Assembly: GCA_963806535.1 (NCBI GenBank) | Contig: CAWDYC010000009.1 | Span: forward strand, 121,190 to 185,189 | DNA length: 64,000 nucleotides | Direction of reading: 5' to 3' | From: Candidatus Bathyarchaeota archaeon | GTDB taxonomy: Archaea > Thermoproteota > Bathyarchaeia > Bathyarchaeales > Bathycorpusculaceae | In this document: positions 22,349 through 33,674 of the stretch, piece by piece | How positions within the stretch are numbered: position 1 is the first letter of the stretch | Layout of the letters: each line of letters opens with the position of its first letter | Notes under the pieces: model-generated | The model's input: only the letters and a program-made list of their open reading frames with translations | What the model was told of the DNA's origin: nothing | Database searches by the model: none | Made by a program: the position numbers and the translations under genes

Positions 22349-24069
22349 CTGGTTTTACCTCCTCCTTTTCCACATAGATTTTTTCGTAGAATTCTTTTGG
22401 TCTCGCATAATACTCTGCGATTATTGAGGCAACTTCTTTGTAGCTTCTGATGTTTTGTTCACGCATCCAATGTAGAACGTTCGAGCGACGGTTCATTTCT
22501 TTAATGAGGTCTTCACGTGTAATACCTAAACGTTCTGAAAAGTTGGTGAGTAGGAAACTTTGGTTTAAATCCACTTCTTGTTCATCTTTGATTGGATCCC
22601 ATTTGAATGGATTTAGGAATTTTTCAGAGTCAATGAATTTCGTTTACTGAGAGTATACGACGATAAGCTTTCTTTTCGCCTTTTTTAACCAAATGAACGC
22701 GTTGGACTGACATTACAATGTTCATGAGTGGAATGTATGCTGGTGAAATGTCCATGGGTTTCTGTGTGAGACGTCTAACTGCGGACTGAACGTTTTCGGC
22801 GTGCATTGTACACATACCACCGTGTCCTGTCGCTAGAGCTTGGAATAGAACGTAGGCTTCTTGGCCTCTGACTTCGCCTACAATCATTAGATCGGGGCGA
22901 TGTCTCATGCATGTCTTCACCAGATCGAATAATGCGACTTCGCCAACGCTGCTTCCGCCTAAACCGTAGCTTTGTCTTGCAATCAAAGAGACCCAGTTTT
23001 CATGTGATAAGTTTAGTTCAGCTGTTTCTTCGATGGTCATGATTTTGCTGCCTGGCTTAATCAAGCAACCTAAAGCGTTTAGAGCAGTAGTTTTGCCAGC
23101 AGCTGTTCCACCGAGAACCATGACTGATGCTCGATTTTCAAGACAAATCCAAAGGTAGGCAGCCATTTCTTCGGTAAATGTTCCGATGTTGATTAGGTCG
23201 ATAATTGAGTAAGGATCTTCACGGAACTTTCTGATAGTGAAAGCTGTACCAAATGGTGTAATTTCTCGTCTATAAGCTACTGCCAGTCGGTGTTTTCCAG
23301 GAAGTGATGCGTCCACAATGGGGAAAGCGGAACTAACGTGTTTTCCAGCCATGTGCACTAGTTTTCCGACTAGGTTATCGAGGTCTTCATCGTTTTCAAA
23401 TTTAACGTTTGTTTCGATGCTTTCAAACGATCGATGCCAAATGTAAAGTGATTTATTGACTCCGTCGCAGGAAATGTCTTCTATGTTTGGGTCACGCATT
23501 AATGGATCAATTTTGCCAAAGCCAACTAAGATCTCGTTCAGCGTGGTAAAGAATTTTGTACCACGAGACATCAGGTAACCAGCCGAGGCTAATTCTGTAT
23601 TTATCAACTATTTTTTTTGCTGCTTGGGCGAAGAATTTTCGAGGATCAGCTATTTCTTCTTTTGGCGATTCGATTTCTGCAAGTAGACATTTCTAGTATG
23701 CGGTTGTATATGCCTCGTTCCATTGGATCAAGCTGAAGTTCATCAAGAATGTATTTGTATTCACCTGTTTTTGGGTCTTGAACTATTACTACTTGAGCGA
23801 AAGGCTCGTATAATGGGTATTTGTCAATTATTTTGATCCCTTTGGGCAAAGGCTTAGCGACTGAAGGAATATCCTCTTCAGGCTGTTCCTTCTTGCTTGA
23901 TTTAGTTTTAGGTAGTTTATGTTGATTTTTGGAAGATGAAATTTCGCTTTTTTATTTTGACTGTTTTTTCTTTGGCTGTTTGTTTTTTTGGTTCGTCTGC
24001 ATTTTTCTTGCTGCTTCTATTTGGCAATAGATTCATTAATTTTTCTTTAAGACTGTTTTCCTTTGGCAT
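22326..24069 (-). CDS. Type II/IV secretion ATPase (FlaI/TadA/VirB11; frameshifted)
   Basis: Walker A GGTAAGKTT, IEETAEL Asp box, RHRPDLMIVGEVRG and TGHGGMCTMHA His box. Confidence 0.9.
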
Positions 24070-24261
24070 TTTTGGTCAGTATTTAGGATTACTCAATTCT
24101 TAAAGCTTATTAAGTATTATGTCTTACTATACACTAATGTTGAAGCGTAGAACACCTATACAAAAACCAAACAACAAACATTAAACCACATTTCACCAAC
24201 AAAACAATTTTAAACCAACAAAACATGACATACACAAACACGATCAACGGAAGAATAACAG

Positions 24262-24958
24262 TTGAACCAAACCACAAAAATCATCAACCAAGCAAAAAAA
24301 GAAGGCAGAAAAGCCCTCCTCGAACCCGAAGCCAAAACAATCTGCACAGAATACGGCATCCCAGTCACCAAATTCAAAGTCGCATCAAACCAGAAAGAAG
24401 CATCAAAATACGCGAGACGAAATCGGTTATCCAGTTGTCCTAAAAATTGTTTCCCCAGACATAATCCACAAGTCAGATGCTGGAGGAGTAATAGTTAACT
24501 TGAAAAACTCAGCCGAAGTCACCGCAGGCTATAACAAAATTTTGGAGAACGTTAAAAAATATAAGGCAGACGCGAAAATCGTTGGCGTTCTGGTGCAGGA
24601 AATGGCGCCAAATTCAACCGAGGTCATCGTTGGAGCAATCAAAGATCCTCAGTTTGGGCAGACAGTGATGTTTGGTTTAGGCGGAATATTTGTTGAAGTT
24701 CTCAAAGATGTAAACTTTAGAATTGCGCCTTTAAATGCTGATGATGCAAAAGAAATGATTACAGAGCTGAAGGCTTATCCGCTTTTGAAGGGTTTCCGAA
24801 ATACGCCGCCCGCAGACATCGACGCATTAGTTGGCATACTTTGCAGTACTTCACGTTTAGTCATGGATAACCCAGAAATCAAAGAGTTAGACCTCAACCC
24901 AGTGTTGGCTTATCAGAAAGGCGCAAAAACAGTTGACGCAAGAATAATTTTAGAGTAA
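24262..24958 (+). CDS. ADP-forming acetate/acyl-CoA ligase beta subunit (ATP-grasp; one frameshift)
   Basis: LLEPEAKTIC..YGIP, HKSDAGGV (across the shift), DPQFGQTVMFGLGGIFVE and ELDLNP. Confidence 0.85.
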
Positions 24959-25007
24959 ATAAAAGCCAAATTCTATTTTATTTTCTAAATAAAAAAAATT
25001 GAGAAAA

Positions 25008-26280
25008 CTAAGGTTTTTTTGTTAATTCTTCAAGAATTTCTTTGGCTCGGTCAACTCTTACTTTGCGTTCTTTAACCATCTGTGTCCGCAACCTTGTCAA
25101 CCAAGTCGTCTTTGGCTCCTGCGGTGATTGCGATGTTTCTTGCGTGCAGATTCATGTGACCACGTTGAATTCCCTCATTAGATAGTGCCCTTAGTGCTCC
25201 GAGGTTTTGGGCTAAGCCGACGGCGGCTAAGACTTCTGCGAATTCGTTGGCTGATTTGACGCCGAGAATTTTCATGGCTATTCTTGCGATTGGGTGAGTT
25301 TTTACTGCTCCGCCGATTAAGCCTACAGCCATTGGCAACTCAATTACGCCTTCTAAGTCGCCGTTTTTGTTTTTTGTCCATTTAGAAATTGATGTGTAAG
25401 GTCCGTTTAATGCGGCGTATGCGTGTGCTCCAGCCTCAATTGCGCGGTGATCGTTGCCTGTGGCTAAAACAACAGCGATTATCCCGTTCATTGCGCCTTT
25501 GTTGTGTGTGGCTGCTCGGTATGGGTCTGCTGCTGCAAAAGCTGAAGCGTAAGCGATACCTTCTACAACTGCTTCTCCACCAAGGGCTTCTTTAGGTACG
25601 GTGCACCATGCTTTTGCCAGCCGTTTAGTGGCTAAGTTCGAGATTATTCGTAAGTAAACGTGTCCACCTGTCAACTCCTCAATCATTGGTGCTACTGCTT
25701 CAGCCATCGTGTTAACAGCGTTCGCACCCATAGCATCTCTGCAGTCAACATATAATTCTACAATAACCATTTGTCCCATAGTGGTATCGATGATTTTGGC
25801 ATCCATGTCTTTGGCTCCGCCACCGAAAGAATTCAGGACTGGATCTTGGTCGTTTGCTTTCTTAAGAATTTGAGCTTTAGCATCCAAAACCTGTTTTTTC
25901 GCTACTTTGGCATCTTTGATTTTGACCAATTGAATTTGCCCTATCATTACGGGGGCGGTGCTGCTGGTGTGGAAGCCTCCGCCGTCTCTCACCATTTTAG
26001 CGGCGTAGCTGGCTGCGGCAATCACGCTTGGCTCCTCGGTTGCCATCGGGATAAGGTAGTCTTTTCCGTTTATTTGGAAGTTAACGCCGACGCCTAAAGG
26101 TTCAGGGAAAACGCCGATAACGTTTTCCACCATATGGTCAACTAAATCTAAAGGTAAAGAACCTGTGTTCTCAAGTAAACGAATTTCTTCATCGGTTAAA
26201 CCCGCAAAATCTTTAATGATTGCTAAACGCTCTTTGAGCGGAAGTTTATAGAAGCCTGAGATTACTGATGATTTAGCCAT
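25008..26280 (-). CDS. mvaA: Class II (MvaA-type) HMG-CoA reductase (C-terminal frameshift)
   Basis: ENVIG, PMATEEPSV, DAMGANAVNT, THNKG and GIQRGHMNLH class II motifs. Confidence 0.9.
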
Positions 26281-26363
26281 TTTTCTAATCCTCGATTGCA
26301 AGTGGAGTGTAGTCTGTTTTTTCGCTTTTAAGCTTTAAGCAACAGTTAACGGAAAAATAGGTT

Positions 26364-27419
26364 TTACAGCGTAGTTTGCCCTGCAGTTCGGGGCATAGCG
26401 ACTGCAGAAACGCCTAGGCGCTTGCGGATTTCCTTCGCTAAAACTGCACCATGACTCCTGTAATTGTCAGTGATAACTTGTTTTGCATGTGAACGCTTAA
26501 CATATTCGATTAAGCCGTCAAAATCAGAGTGATCACTTAAGGCAACCAAAAATTCTCTGTCTCCGATTTGCCTGCAGGGTGCACTGAATTCCCAGCCGCT
26601 GACGCAAATGCGTGAATTATTCAAACCCACATGTTGGCGAGAATTCATGTGGTAAAATGCGACACATGGAAGATTACCGTCTAATAGTTCACGTCCATCT
26701 TCGTTAGTGGAAAGCGAGAGGCAGCCCAAATCCATTCCATGTTGTTCACAAACCTTAGTAACTTTGTAAACCCTCTCAGGCATAACAAATGGAACTGAAA
26801 CATCGGCTTTTCTGAGAAGCTTCATGATTTCTTGAAGTTTTCCATGGTAACCGAAAACATAAACTGTGCCGCCTCGCAAGCGTTTCTCAATCATAGAAAC
26901 CAACAGTTCCCGAACATCCACCTCAAAATTCCGCCTGAATGATGGGCTTCCATATGTTGCTTCAACGACGAGAATATCACAGTCGACAACAGGTGTGTCG
27001 TCAATTCTGAAGTCGCCAGTGTAAGCAATTCGTATTCCACCAGCATCTTCAACTAGTACCTGAGCTGCACCCAAAATATGGTCTGCTTTGATTAGAGTTA
27101 TTTTTTCGTCGCCGTACTTGATGGCTTTTCCATACTCCATTGTTTTTACTGGAGCCTCATGGAGCTTAAGTGAGTCATCAAGTGTTTCTGCAAGGTCTCT
27201 TGTGGCTTTAGTCATCAAAACTTTTTCGCAGCACTTCAAGCTTTTCCGTAAGCCGCCAAGGTGATCTGCATGGGCATGAGTTACAATCCGCAATGGTCTA
27301 GAATCATCGAAAGCGTCGCAGGCAACATTGTCACCTAACAATACTGCGCCGTTTTTAGTGACTTTAGCCCTTGCAGACAACAGTAATCCTCTTACCTTTC
27401 GGTTTTTTCGGCAAGCCAT
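26364..27419 (-). CDS. MBL-fold (beta-CASP-like) nuclease
   Basis: THAHADH, HILGAAQ, YTGDFR, EATYG and LSDHSDF motifs. The true start may be ~13 codons downstream. Confidence 0.8.
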   Translation of the reverse strand: MACRKNRKVRGLLLSARAKVTKNGAVLLGDNVACDAFDDSRPLRIVTHAHADHLGGLRKSLKCCEKVLMTKATRDLAETLDDSLKLHEAPVKTMEYGKAIKYGDEKITLIKADHILGAAQVLVEDAGGIRIAYTGDFRIDDTPVVDCDILVVEATYGSPSFRRNFEVDVRELLVSMIEKRLRGGTVYVFGYHGKLQEIMKLLRKADVSVPFVMPERVYKVTKVCEQHGMDLGCLSLSTNEDGRELLDGNLPCVAFYHMNSRQHVGLNNSRICVSGWEFSAPCRQIGDREFLVALSDHSDFDGLIEYVKRSHAKQVITDNYRSHGAVLAKEIRKRLGVSAVAMPRTAGQTTL

Positions 27420-27796
27420 TCGATGAGTTGCTGTGGATTATCAGTTTCAATTGTTATCTTTATTGGGCCTAGTGGTGACTCTGCTGTTTCCTCACAAAAA
27501 GAGATGTGCCCTGCAAAAGCTACCTGCTTGTTTAAGCAAAACCTAATCGTGTTGCCTCTTGTGCTGCGGAAAAGCGCTTTTCTGGAAGCATCACGAACTC
27601 TGTCACTGCGCATTATGTTGCGTAGTTTAACAAGAGATTCTTGCCCTTTAGCTTCAGCAGTCAAAATGTTTACTTTGCCCTCGGACTTGATTGTTATTGA
27701 AGCATTGCCTAAAATGTTGGTTACCGCTGCTTTGACTTTTTCCTCGCTTTCAGTCGGATAAATCTCGGTTTCAACATTAACAGTTACTTCATCCAC
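27392..27796 (-). CDS. UPF0201/DUF54 putative RNA-binding protein
   Basis: IYPTESEEKV, LNKQVAFAG and ESPLGPI motifs. Confidence 0.85.
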   Translation of the reverse strand: MDEVTVNVETEIYPTESEEKVKAAVTNILGNASITIKSEGKVNILTAEAKGQESLVKLRNIMRSDRVRDASRKALFRSTRGNTIRFCLNKQVAFAGHISFCEETAESPLGPIKITIETDNPQQLIEWLAEKTER

Positions 27797-28352
27797 TTCT
27801 GCTCAATCCTCCGCAAAGCCTCAGCAATCCTAGCTTTAACCTCTTCAACACTCGGCATCGTTAATTATCATCTGTTCAGCCATCGCAATCACATTGCCTA
27901 AGCCAACGCTCAGTTCACGCATATCCCGTCTCATGAAAGACTGCCCATCCGTTTGAATCGTCGCTTCGACGGCGATTAGAGAGTCGAGTAAACCTTGTTT
28001 CTGGAGACGCATGAACAGCAGCTATGCTGAATTTTGCAAAATGAGTTTTGAAAGCTTCAACCTCATGAAGGCTTCTTAAACCGTCAATTAGGACTTTATT
28101 TTTTTCTTGTGCTTCTATTTTTGGAATGCATTTTTGAGCAACGACAGTGACGCCTCCGTCGGCTCGAAGTTGAAGCATAACTTTTCCCACATTTGCCGGC
28201 GTTAGATCCAAACCAAGTTTCAAAGTTTCCTCTCTAATCACGTCACCCATAATCACAATAGCGTATCCTAATTCGCGTGCAGTCTCAACGACTAAAGATT
28301 TCCCTGACCCAGGCATCCCAGCTAAACCCACAACTATTTTGTCACCGCTCAT
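27784..28352 (-). CDS. UPF0200 P-loop kinase (archaeal dephospho-CoA kinase-like; frameshifted)
   Basis: GLAGMPGSGKS Walker A, MGDVIREE and IDGLRS. Typical neighbour of DUF54. Confidence 0.8.
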
Positions 28353-28588
28353 AACTAACCCCTTTTTTGCTTCTATAACGGTAACTTCCATTAAAAACTA
28401 TCCATCGGTAAAGCAGCTCTCTCCGTTGAGATTGGTGTGCGAACGGTAGACCTAAAAAGGTCAAGTCTGGACAGCAAGCGATGCTTGTTCTTGCATGCAA
28501 CATATGCAGAGAAAAAACATAAGAGACCACCGAAAACGCGAGACTTAATGGCAAAACCGTAGAGCAGAAGGGAGATGAACGCGTTGAA

Positions 28589-29164
28589 TTATTTTTCCTG
28601 CGGTTTTTCCCATAGCTGAAGTTTCTGTTTCTTAAGTTCAGTTCGCTTCTTCTGCAAATAATTGTAAACTGTATGATGCTCGCAGCCCTCAACAATCATC
28701 TGAACAGCGTTTCTTGCAGCATCTGCCTCTTCAAAACTGCCAATTATCCCCACAGTGTGACCGTAAACAACCACGTCAGCCTCAGTTAACTCTTCAATCA
28801 GTTTTCTTGTTTTGCCCTCTGCACCGATGATTCTGCCTTTTATACGTTTAATATCGGATTCTGAACGACCAAAAATTACCCGTAAATCTATCATATCGAA
28901 AATGTCATCTTCGTTGCGTATCAAGCGGAAGGCTGTTTCAGGCGGAAAACCTCTGCCGATTGCAGTTACAACATCTTTAGCTTTTAACAACAAAGAGGGA
29001 TCCTTTGCTTTTTCTGAAAGAACAATAGTGACGCTTCCTTCAGTGTCAATTTCAAGTTTAACCTCAAGTTTCTCTTCGATATACTTCTTAACTTTACCTT
29101 CTGGACCAATAAGTATGCCAACGCGTTCTTTTGGAATTTTTACAAACATGTCTGGACGGGACAT
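28589..29164 (-). CDS. KH-domain rRNA-processing protein (Dim2/Pno1/Krr1 family)
   Basis: Two KH GxxG motifs (LIGPEG, IIGAEG), AIGRGF and its position after RIO1. Confidence 0.9.
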   Translation of the reverse strand: MSRPDMFVKIPKERVGILIGPEGKVKKYIEEKLEVKLEIDTEGSVTIVLSEKAKDPSLLLKAKDVVTAIGRGFPPETAFRLIRNEDDIFDMIDLRVIFGRSESDIKRIKGRIIGAEGKTRKLIEELTEADVVVYGHTVGIIGSFEEADAARNAVQMIVEGCEHHTVYNYLQKKRTELKKQKLQLWEKPQEK

Positions 29165-29950
29165 TATTTACCAACAACCATTTTATGAAATTCTTCAATT
29201 GGAATAACTTTAACATTTAACCTACTAAAGAACCTATTTACGTTCGCCAAATCTCTGCGTAACATGAAATCTGCCATAGGGATGCTGGATTGAAACAGAC
29301 TGGGATACATCAAAAACCACGGGTCTGCCTTTCCACATCATAATATTGTATTCGCTCAGGTCACCATGGACAATTTTGGCTTTTTGGTAGAGACGCTTGA
29401 GGTAAGTGACTAGGATTTTGTAGACTTTTTCAGGGTTATCTGGCGACTGCTCCTTCAGCGAGGGCGCACTAACCCCTTCCTTCCCAATAAACTCCATAAC
29501 CACAACATTGCTTTTGACGGCTATGGGTTTTGGCACACGCACCTTTGCCGCGTAAGCTTCCCCTAAATTCCGAAACTCCTTCTGCGCCCAAACAGCAATC
29601 AATGAGCGTGTATCATGTTTGACGTCTTTGAAGCGTGGGTCACCTTCAATGTATTTGTGCATGCCTCTTTTGAACTCGGCAGATGAGGTTAAGTAAATTT
29701 TTACTGCTAAATCCGTGCCTTCTTTGTTTGTGGCCCAGTAAACGCGAGCTTCCTTGCCTGAACTAACAACGCCATTGAGCTCATAGAACACACCGCTGTT
29801 GAGCAAGTCAAAGACAACCATGCGTGTGGTTTGGTCAAAAACCTCTTCCACGGTTGCGCGTTCTTTTGTCATGTCGTGGATTAGCATTTTGTCTCTTCTT
29901 TCGATTCTTCTTTCGTTGTGAGCAAGGCGTTCTTGAGCTTTTCTAGACAT
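29164..29950 (-). CDS. rio1: RIO1 serine kinase (C-terminal frameshift)
   Basis: SSGKEARVY, AVKIY, VHGDLSEYN and DVSQSV motifs. Confidence 0.9.
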
Positions 29951-30063
29951 TCTATTCAAGCATCCTAACTGCTTCAGGGTATTTAAAACCGATCAAACAA
30001 GAAAAACCAAAAGTTGATTGTCGAAGTCAAATGATATAAAATTGAGTGTTAAGAAGTTGAAGA

Positions 30064-30369
30064 TTAAAGGGTTAAAATGCCCTTGCGTCGCAGCGTGTCA
30101 GCTTGTCCATGTGTGTAACGCCAAACGACATCGCCGCGTTTGTCAGTTTGGAAATCCCAAGGTGAAACAATAACGATGTCTCCTTCACGAATCCAAACAC
30201 GCCGCTTCATTTTTCCGCGAATGCGGCATAAACGTTCAGCGCCATCCTGACATTTAACTAGGATGCGGTCGAAACCAAGCAGTTTAATAACTACGCCTAA
30301 GACTTCGCCTTGTCCAGGATAAACTAATTCGCCGATTGCGCCTTCGCTTAACACTTTTTTCTTTCCCAA
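30064..30369 (-). CDS. eif1a: Translation initiation factor aIF-1A
   Basis: CRIRGKMKRRVWIREGDIVIVSPWDFQ signature. Confidence 0.95.
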   Translation of the reverse strand: MGKKKVLSEGAIGELVYPGQGEVLGVVIKLLGFDRILVKCQDGAERLCRIRGKMKRRVWIREGDIVIVSPWDFQTDKRGDVVWRYTHGQADTLRRKGILTL

Positions 30370-30708
30370 ACAGTAAACCTCATTCGACTTGAAAAATTAA
30401 TGTTCCGCTTGCTTAAAAGCATGTTCATAAAATAAAGCGGAGATTTTGAACCTAAATCACTTTGAACTGAAAAAAGACAGCAATTGTTTGTACCTTAGCC
30501 TATTCATGGCTTTCTTTTGCAATTTAATCAGTAGATTTTCAAAAAGTTCCATTATATACGCTATGTGCAAAGTCCACCTCGCTAAATTAGCGAAGCCAAG
30601 TGTGCAAAAATTTGATGCATTTCACTTTTTAGTGAATTTTGCTTGTCAAAAAGTTATAAGAACTTTTGAATGCTTTCTAAAAACTGAAACAAGAGGAGAT
30701 TTTATTAA

Positions 30709-32058
30709 ATGATTGTTGAAAAAGCTGAAAATCTCATCGACCATAGGGCTAAAACAAAGACAAAGCTTGCTTCGCAGGTAAATGTCGGTGATTGGAAAGA
30801 CTACAGGTGGCAATTATATAATTCAATAAAAACCATTGCAGCTTTTGAAAAGTTTACAGGTATTACCTTCTCAAAAACAGAAAAAGGTGAACTTGAAAAA
30901 ACAATTAGTAAATTTCCGCTGTGCATTACACCTTACTATGCTTCTCTAATAGAGAAGGATAATTATCGGGACGACCCTATATTCAAGCAAGCTTTTCCTA
31001 ATCCGGCTGAACTTATTATTTCAGAGTGCGACATGAAAGACCCCCTTCATGAGGATATAGATAGCCCAACTAAAGGCATTACTCACCGATATCCTGACAG
31101 AGTCCTTTTTTTGGTGAGTAATCGATGCGCAATGTATTGTCGGCATTGTACAAGAAAAAGAAAGGTAGGAGACTCTGATTATATCCCGTCAAGAGAACAA
31201 ATTCTTGCGGGAATTTATTACATTAGAAAAAATCGTCAGATCCGCGACGTCTTGCTTTCAGGAGGAGACCCACTCATGCTACCTGATGATTATCTAGACT
31301 GGATTCTTACAGAACTAAACAGGATTCCACATGTTCAAGTTATTCGAATAGGCTCACGAATTCCAGTTGTTCTCCCCAACAGAATAACCAAAGAACTCGT
31401 GCACATGCTAAAAAAACATCATCCTCTCTGGCTCAATACGCAATTTAATCATCCAAGAGAATTCACGCCAGCCTCACAAGAAGCACTGCGAAGGCTAGCA
31501 GATGCAGGCATACCGCTAGGAAACCAATCAGTCCTGCTGGCAGGTGTAAACGATTGCCCACACATCATGAAAAAACTCAACCAAAAACTCGTGGAAAACA
31601 GAGTACGTCCATACTACTTGTTCCAATGCGACCTTTCAGAAGGCCTCTCACATTTTCGAACCCCAATTGGAAAAGGTATTGAAATAATGGAAAATCTTAT
31701 AGGACATACAAGTGGCTTCGCAGTTCCTCGTTATGTGGTCGATGCACCAGGAGGGGGAGGAAAAATTCCTATTATGCCAAACTACATTATATCTTGGAAC
31801 ACAAACAAAGTGGTTTTGAGAAATTACGAAGGTGTCATCACCACATACAAGGAACCTGACAACTACTCAACCATCTCCTGCAGCAAAAACTGCAACAAAT
31901 GTGCTTTGCAATCAAACTTAGAAGGGGAAGAAGAAATCGCGACGGGGGTTGCAAAGTTGTTAACTGAAGACAATAGAACAATATCACTTGTACCGGAAGG
32001 AAATCTCAGATTGAAAAGAAGAGAGAAAAAACAAGTCATGGGGTACATAAATGCTTAA
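30709..32058 (+). CDS. ablA: Lysine 2,3-aminomutase (KamA/AblA type)
   Basis: [10 protein letters not shown] radical SAM motif, [20 protein letters not shown] lysine and NYEG plus a Cys-rich C-terminal extension. Confidence 0.92.
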   Translation: MIVEKAENLIDHRAKTKTKLASQVNVGDWKDYRWQLYNSIKTIAAFEKFTGITFSKTEKGELEKTISKFPLCITPYYASLIEKDNYRDDPIFKQAFPNPAELIISECDMKDPLHEDIDSPTKGITHRYPDRVLFLVSNRCAMYCRHCTRKRKVGDSDYIPSREQILAGIYYIRKNRQIRDVLLSGGDPLMLPDDYLDWILTELNRIPHVQVIRIGSRIPVVLPNRITKELVHMLKKHHPLWLNTQFNHPREFTPASQEALRRLADAGIPLGNQSVLLAGVNDCPHIMKKLNQKLVENRVRPYYLFQCDLSEGLSHFRTPIGKGIEIMENLIGHTSGFAVPRYVVDAPGGGGKIPIMPNYIISWNTNKVVLRNYEGVITTYKEPDNYSTISCSKNCNKCALQSNLEGEEEIATGVAKLLTEDNRTISLVPEGNLRLKRREKKQVMGYINA

Positions 32059-32683
32059 AAGTCCAAGCCATCTCGAATTTAATATTCGAAACGTAACTTT
32101 GGAAGATATAAGCGAAGTGTACAAGTTACTCACCGCAAATAAACCATACGTGGGATTAAATTCCAGATACACCTATTTTCTTTTGGCTAAAGACTTCTCA
32201 GACACTTGCGTAGTTGCAGAACACAAAGGCAAAATTGTCGCATTTTCTTCAGGATATATCTCACCAACTAAGAAAGATACTTTTTTTAGTTGGGAAGCGG
32301 TAGTTCACGAAAATTACCGAGGAAATAATCTTCAAAAACATATGCTTGTTTGGCAATTAAGAATAACTGGAGCCAAATATTTTGAAGGCACAGTAAACCC
32401 TTCCAATGAGGCATCGAAAAGAAGTTTTCGTGGGTTAGCTCAGTTGCTTGAAACGAAATGTGAAGAACGATTATTGTTTGGTGAGGATGATTTTGAGAAT
32501 GATGGTCACGAAGCAGAGATTTTATACCGGGTCGGCCCGATTTCGCCTGAAAAGCTATTGAGGAATTTGCGGTCTGTGGAAGGCAGAATCAGTGAAAGAT
32601 TTGAAAGAGTTTTCAGTACCACTGACAGCAATAAAAAAGCGTCAAGAACTCTTGAAGATTTGTCGTGTAATTTGCCGAGTTGA
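32051..32683 (+). CDS. GNAT acetyltransferase of the EctA (diaminobutyrate acetyltransferase) type
   Basis: [37 protein letters not shown] and [12 protein letters not shown] match the EctA pattern. Overlaps ablA by 8 nt. Confidence 0.8.
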   Translation: MLKSPSHLEFNIRNVTLEDISEVYKLLTANKPYVGLNSRYTYFLLAKDFSDTCVVAEHKGKIVAFSSGYISPTKKDTFFSWEAVVHENYRGNNLQKHMLVWQLRITGAKYFEGTVNPSNEASKRSFRGLAQLLETKCEERLLFGEDDFENDGHEAEILYRVGPISPEKLLRNLRSVEGRISERFERVFSTTDSNKKASRTLEDLSCNLPS

Positions 32684-32838
32684 ATTGAAAAAGATACAAA
32701 ATCTGACTTAGCGAAAATTATTCTTTTTGACTCTCAGATTAACCGCCATTTTTTTCTTTTACAATGTTCTTGTTCGCAGGGTTCAATGTAAGTTTAAATG
32801 TTAACACCGGATAATCATTTTAATGGTGCATACGTCAA

Positions 32839-33654
32839 GTGTCGTACGTCTTTAACATACCATACCGAAACAACGCCAAACTCAAGCAGGTAATGGAACG
32901 AATAAAAGAAGATAAGAAATTGCAGACTTATTGGAAATGTGCAAACGTAATGGCAATAGAACGAATGGGCTACACCGACCATGGTCCAACACATGTCAAA
33001 ATCGTATCTAACATTGCATTGAGACTTTTGCGCATTCTAATCGAAAAAAAACTCATAACACCTAGTATAGTTGAAAATTATAAGATGCAAAATGACGATG
33101 CCGAAGTCGTTGTTGTTTTAGGCGCAATCTTCCATGATTTAGGCATGATTGTTCAACGATATAATCACGAAAAATACAGTGCAACTTTGGCTTTAGAATT
33201 TCTCGAAAAGTGTTTAACGCCAACATACAATGAGGAGCAACAGGCAATAATCACATCAGAGGTTCTGCATGCCATCGTGTCCCATGAGCAACACCCAAGC
33301 AATGAACCAAACCATAAAATACTGACAAAAGAAGCAGGAATTGTTGGTATTGCAGATGCCTTGGACATGGAAGCGGGAAGAGCACGAATACCCTTCCAAG
33401 CTGGCAAAGTAGACATACACGCTGTATCAGCACTCTCTATTGAGAAAGTTGAAGTTGAATGCGTTGAAAATATCAAGAACGGAGAAAAACCAATCAACAT
33501 AAAAATAAAAATGTCCAACTCCGCAGGCGTATTTCAAATCGACGAACTTCTTAAACCAAGAATTGTTAATTCAGGGCTGGAACAGTTCTTCCATGTAATC
33601 GCAGAAATCACGGGTGAAAAAGAAAACAGGATCATAGAAAAATTCGAAATTTAG
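32839..33654 (+). CDS. HD-domain phosphohydrolase
   Basis: [18 protein letters not shown] and IHAVSA motifs. Confidence 0.85.
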   Translation: MSYVFNIPYRNNAKLKQVMERIKEDKKLQTYWKCANVMAIERMGYTDHGPTHVKIVSNIALRLLRILIEKKLITPSIVENYKMQNDDAEVVVVLGAIFHDLGMIVQRYNHEKYSATLALEFLEKCLTPTYNEEQQAIITSEVLHAIVSHEQHPSNEPNHKILTKEAGIVGIADALDMEAGRARIPFQAGKVDIHAVSALSIEKVEVECVENIKNGEKPINIKIKMSNSAGVFQIDELLKPRIVNSGLEQFFHVIAEITGEKENRIIEKFEI

Positions 33655-33674
33655 ATTTTCGAGGCAACCAACAA

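Noticed and set aside
12507-24069. Archaellum operon
   Set aside because: No flaH/F/G-like genes or archaellin-type sequence are recognisable.
24150-24300. A/C-rich low-complexity tract
   Set aside because: No fixed period or conserved unit. It reflects strand-biased composition around a divergent promoter and gene start.
28410-28590. Canonical RNase P or SRP RNA
   Set aside because: It lacks the GAGGAAAG CR-I core and the SRP helix-8 motif. Kept only as an unidentified ncRNA candidate.
30446-30712. 88-aa ORF upstream of ablA, and the many antisense ORFs in the track
   Set aside because: They have no recognisable motifs and overlap promoter regions or shadow well-supported genes.
32051-32683. 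Ectoine biosynthesis operon
   Set aside because: No ectB or ectC is nearby, and the gene is coupled to ablA instead.
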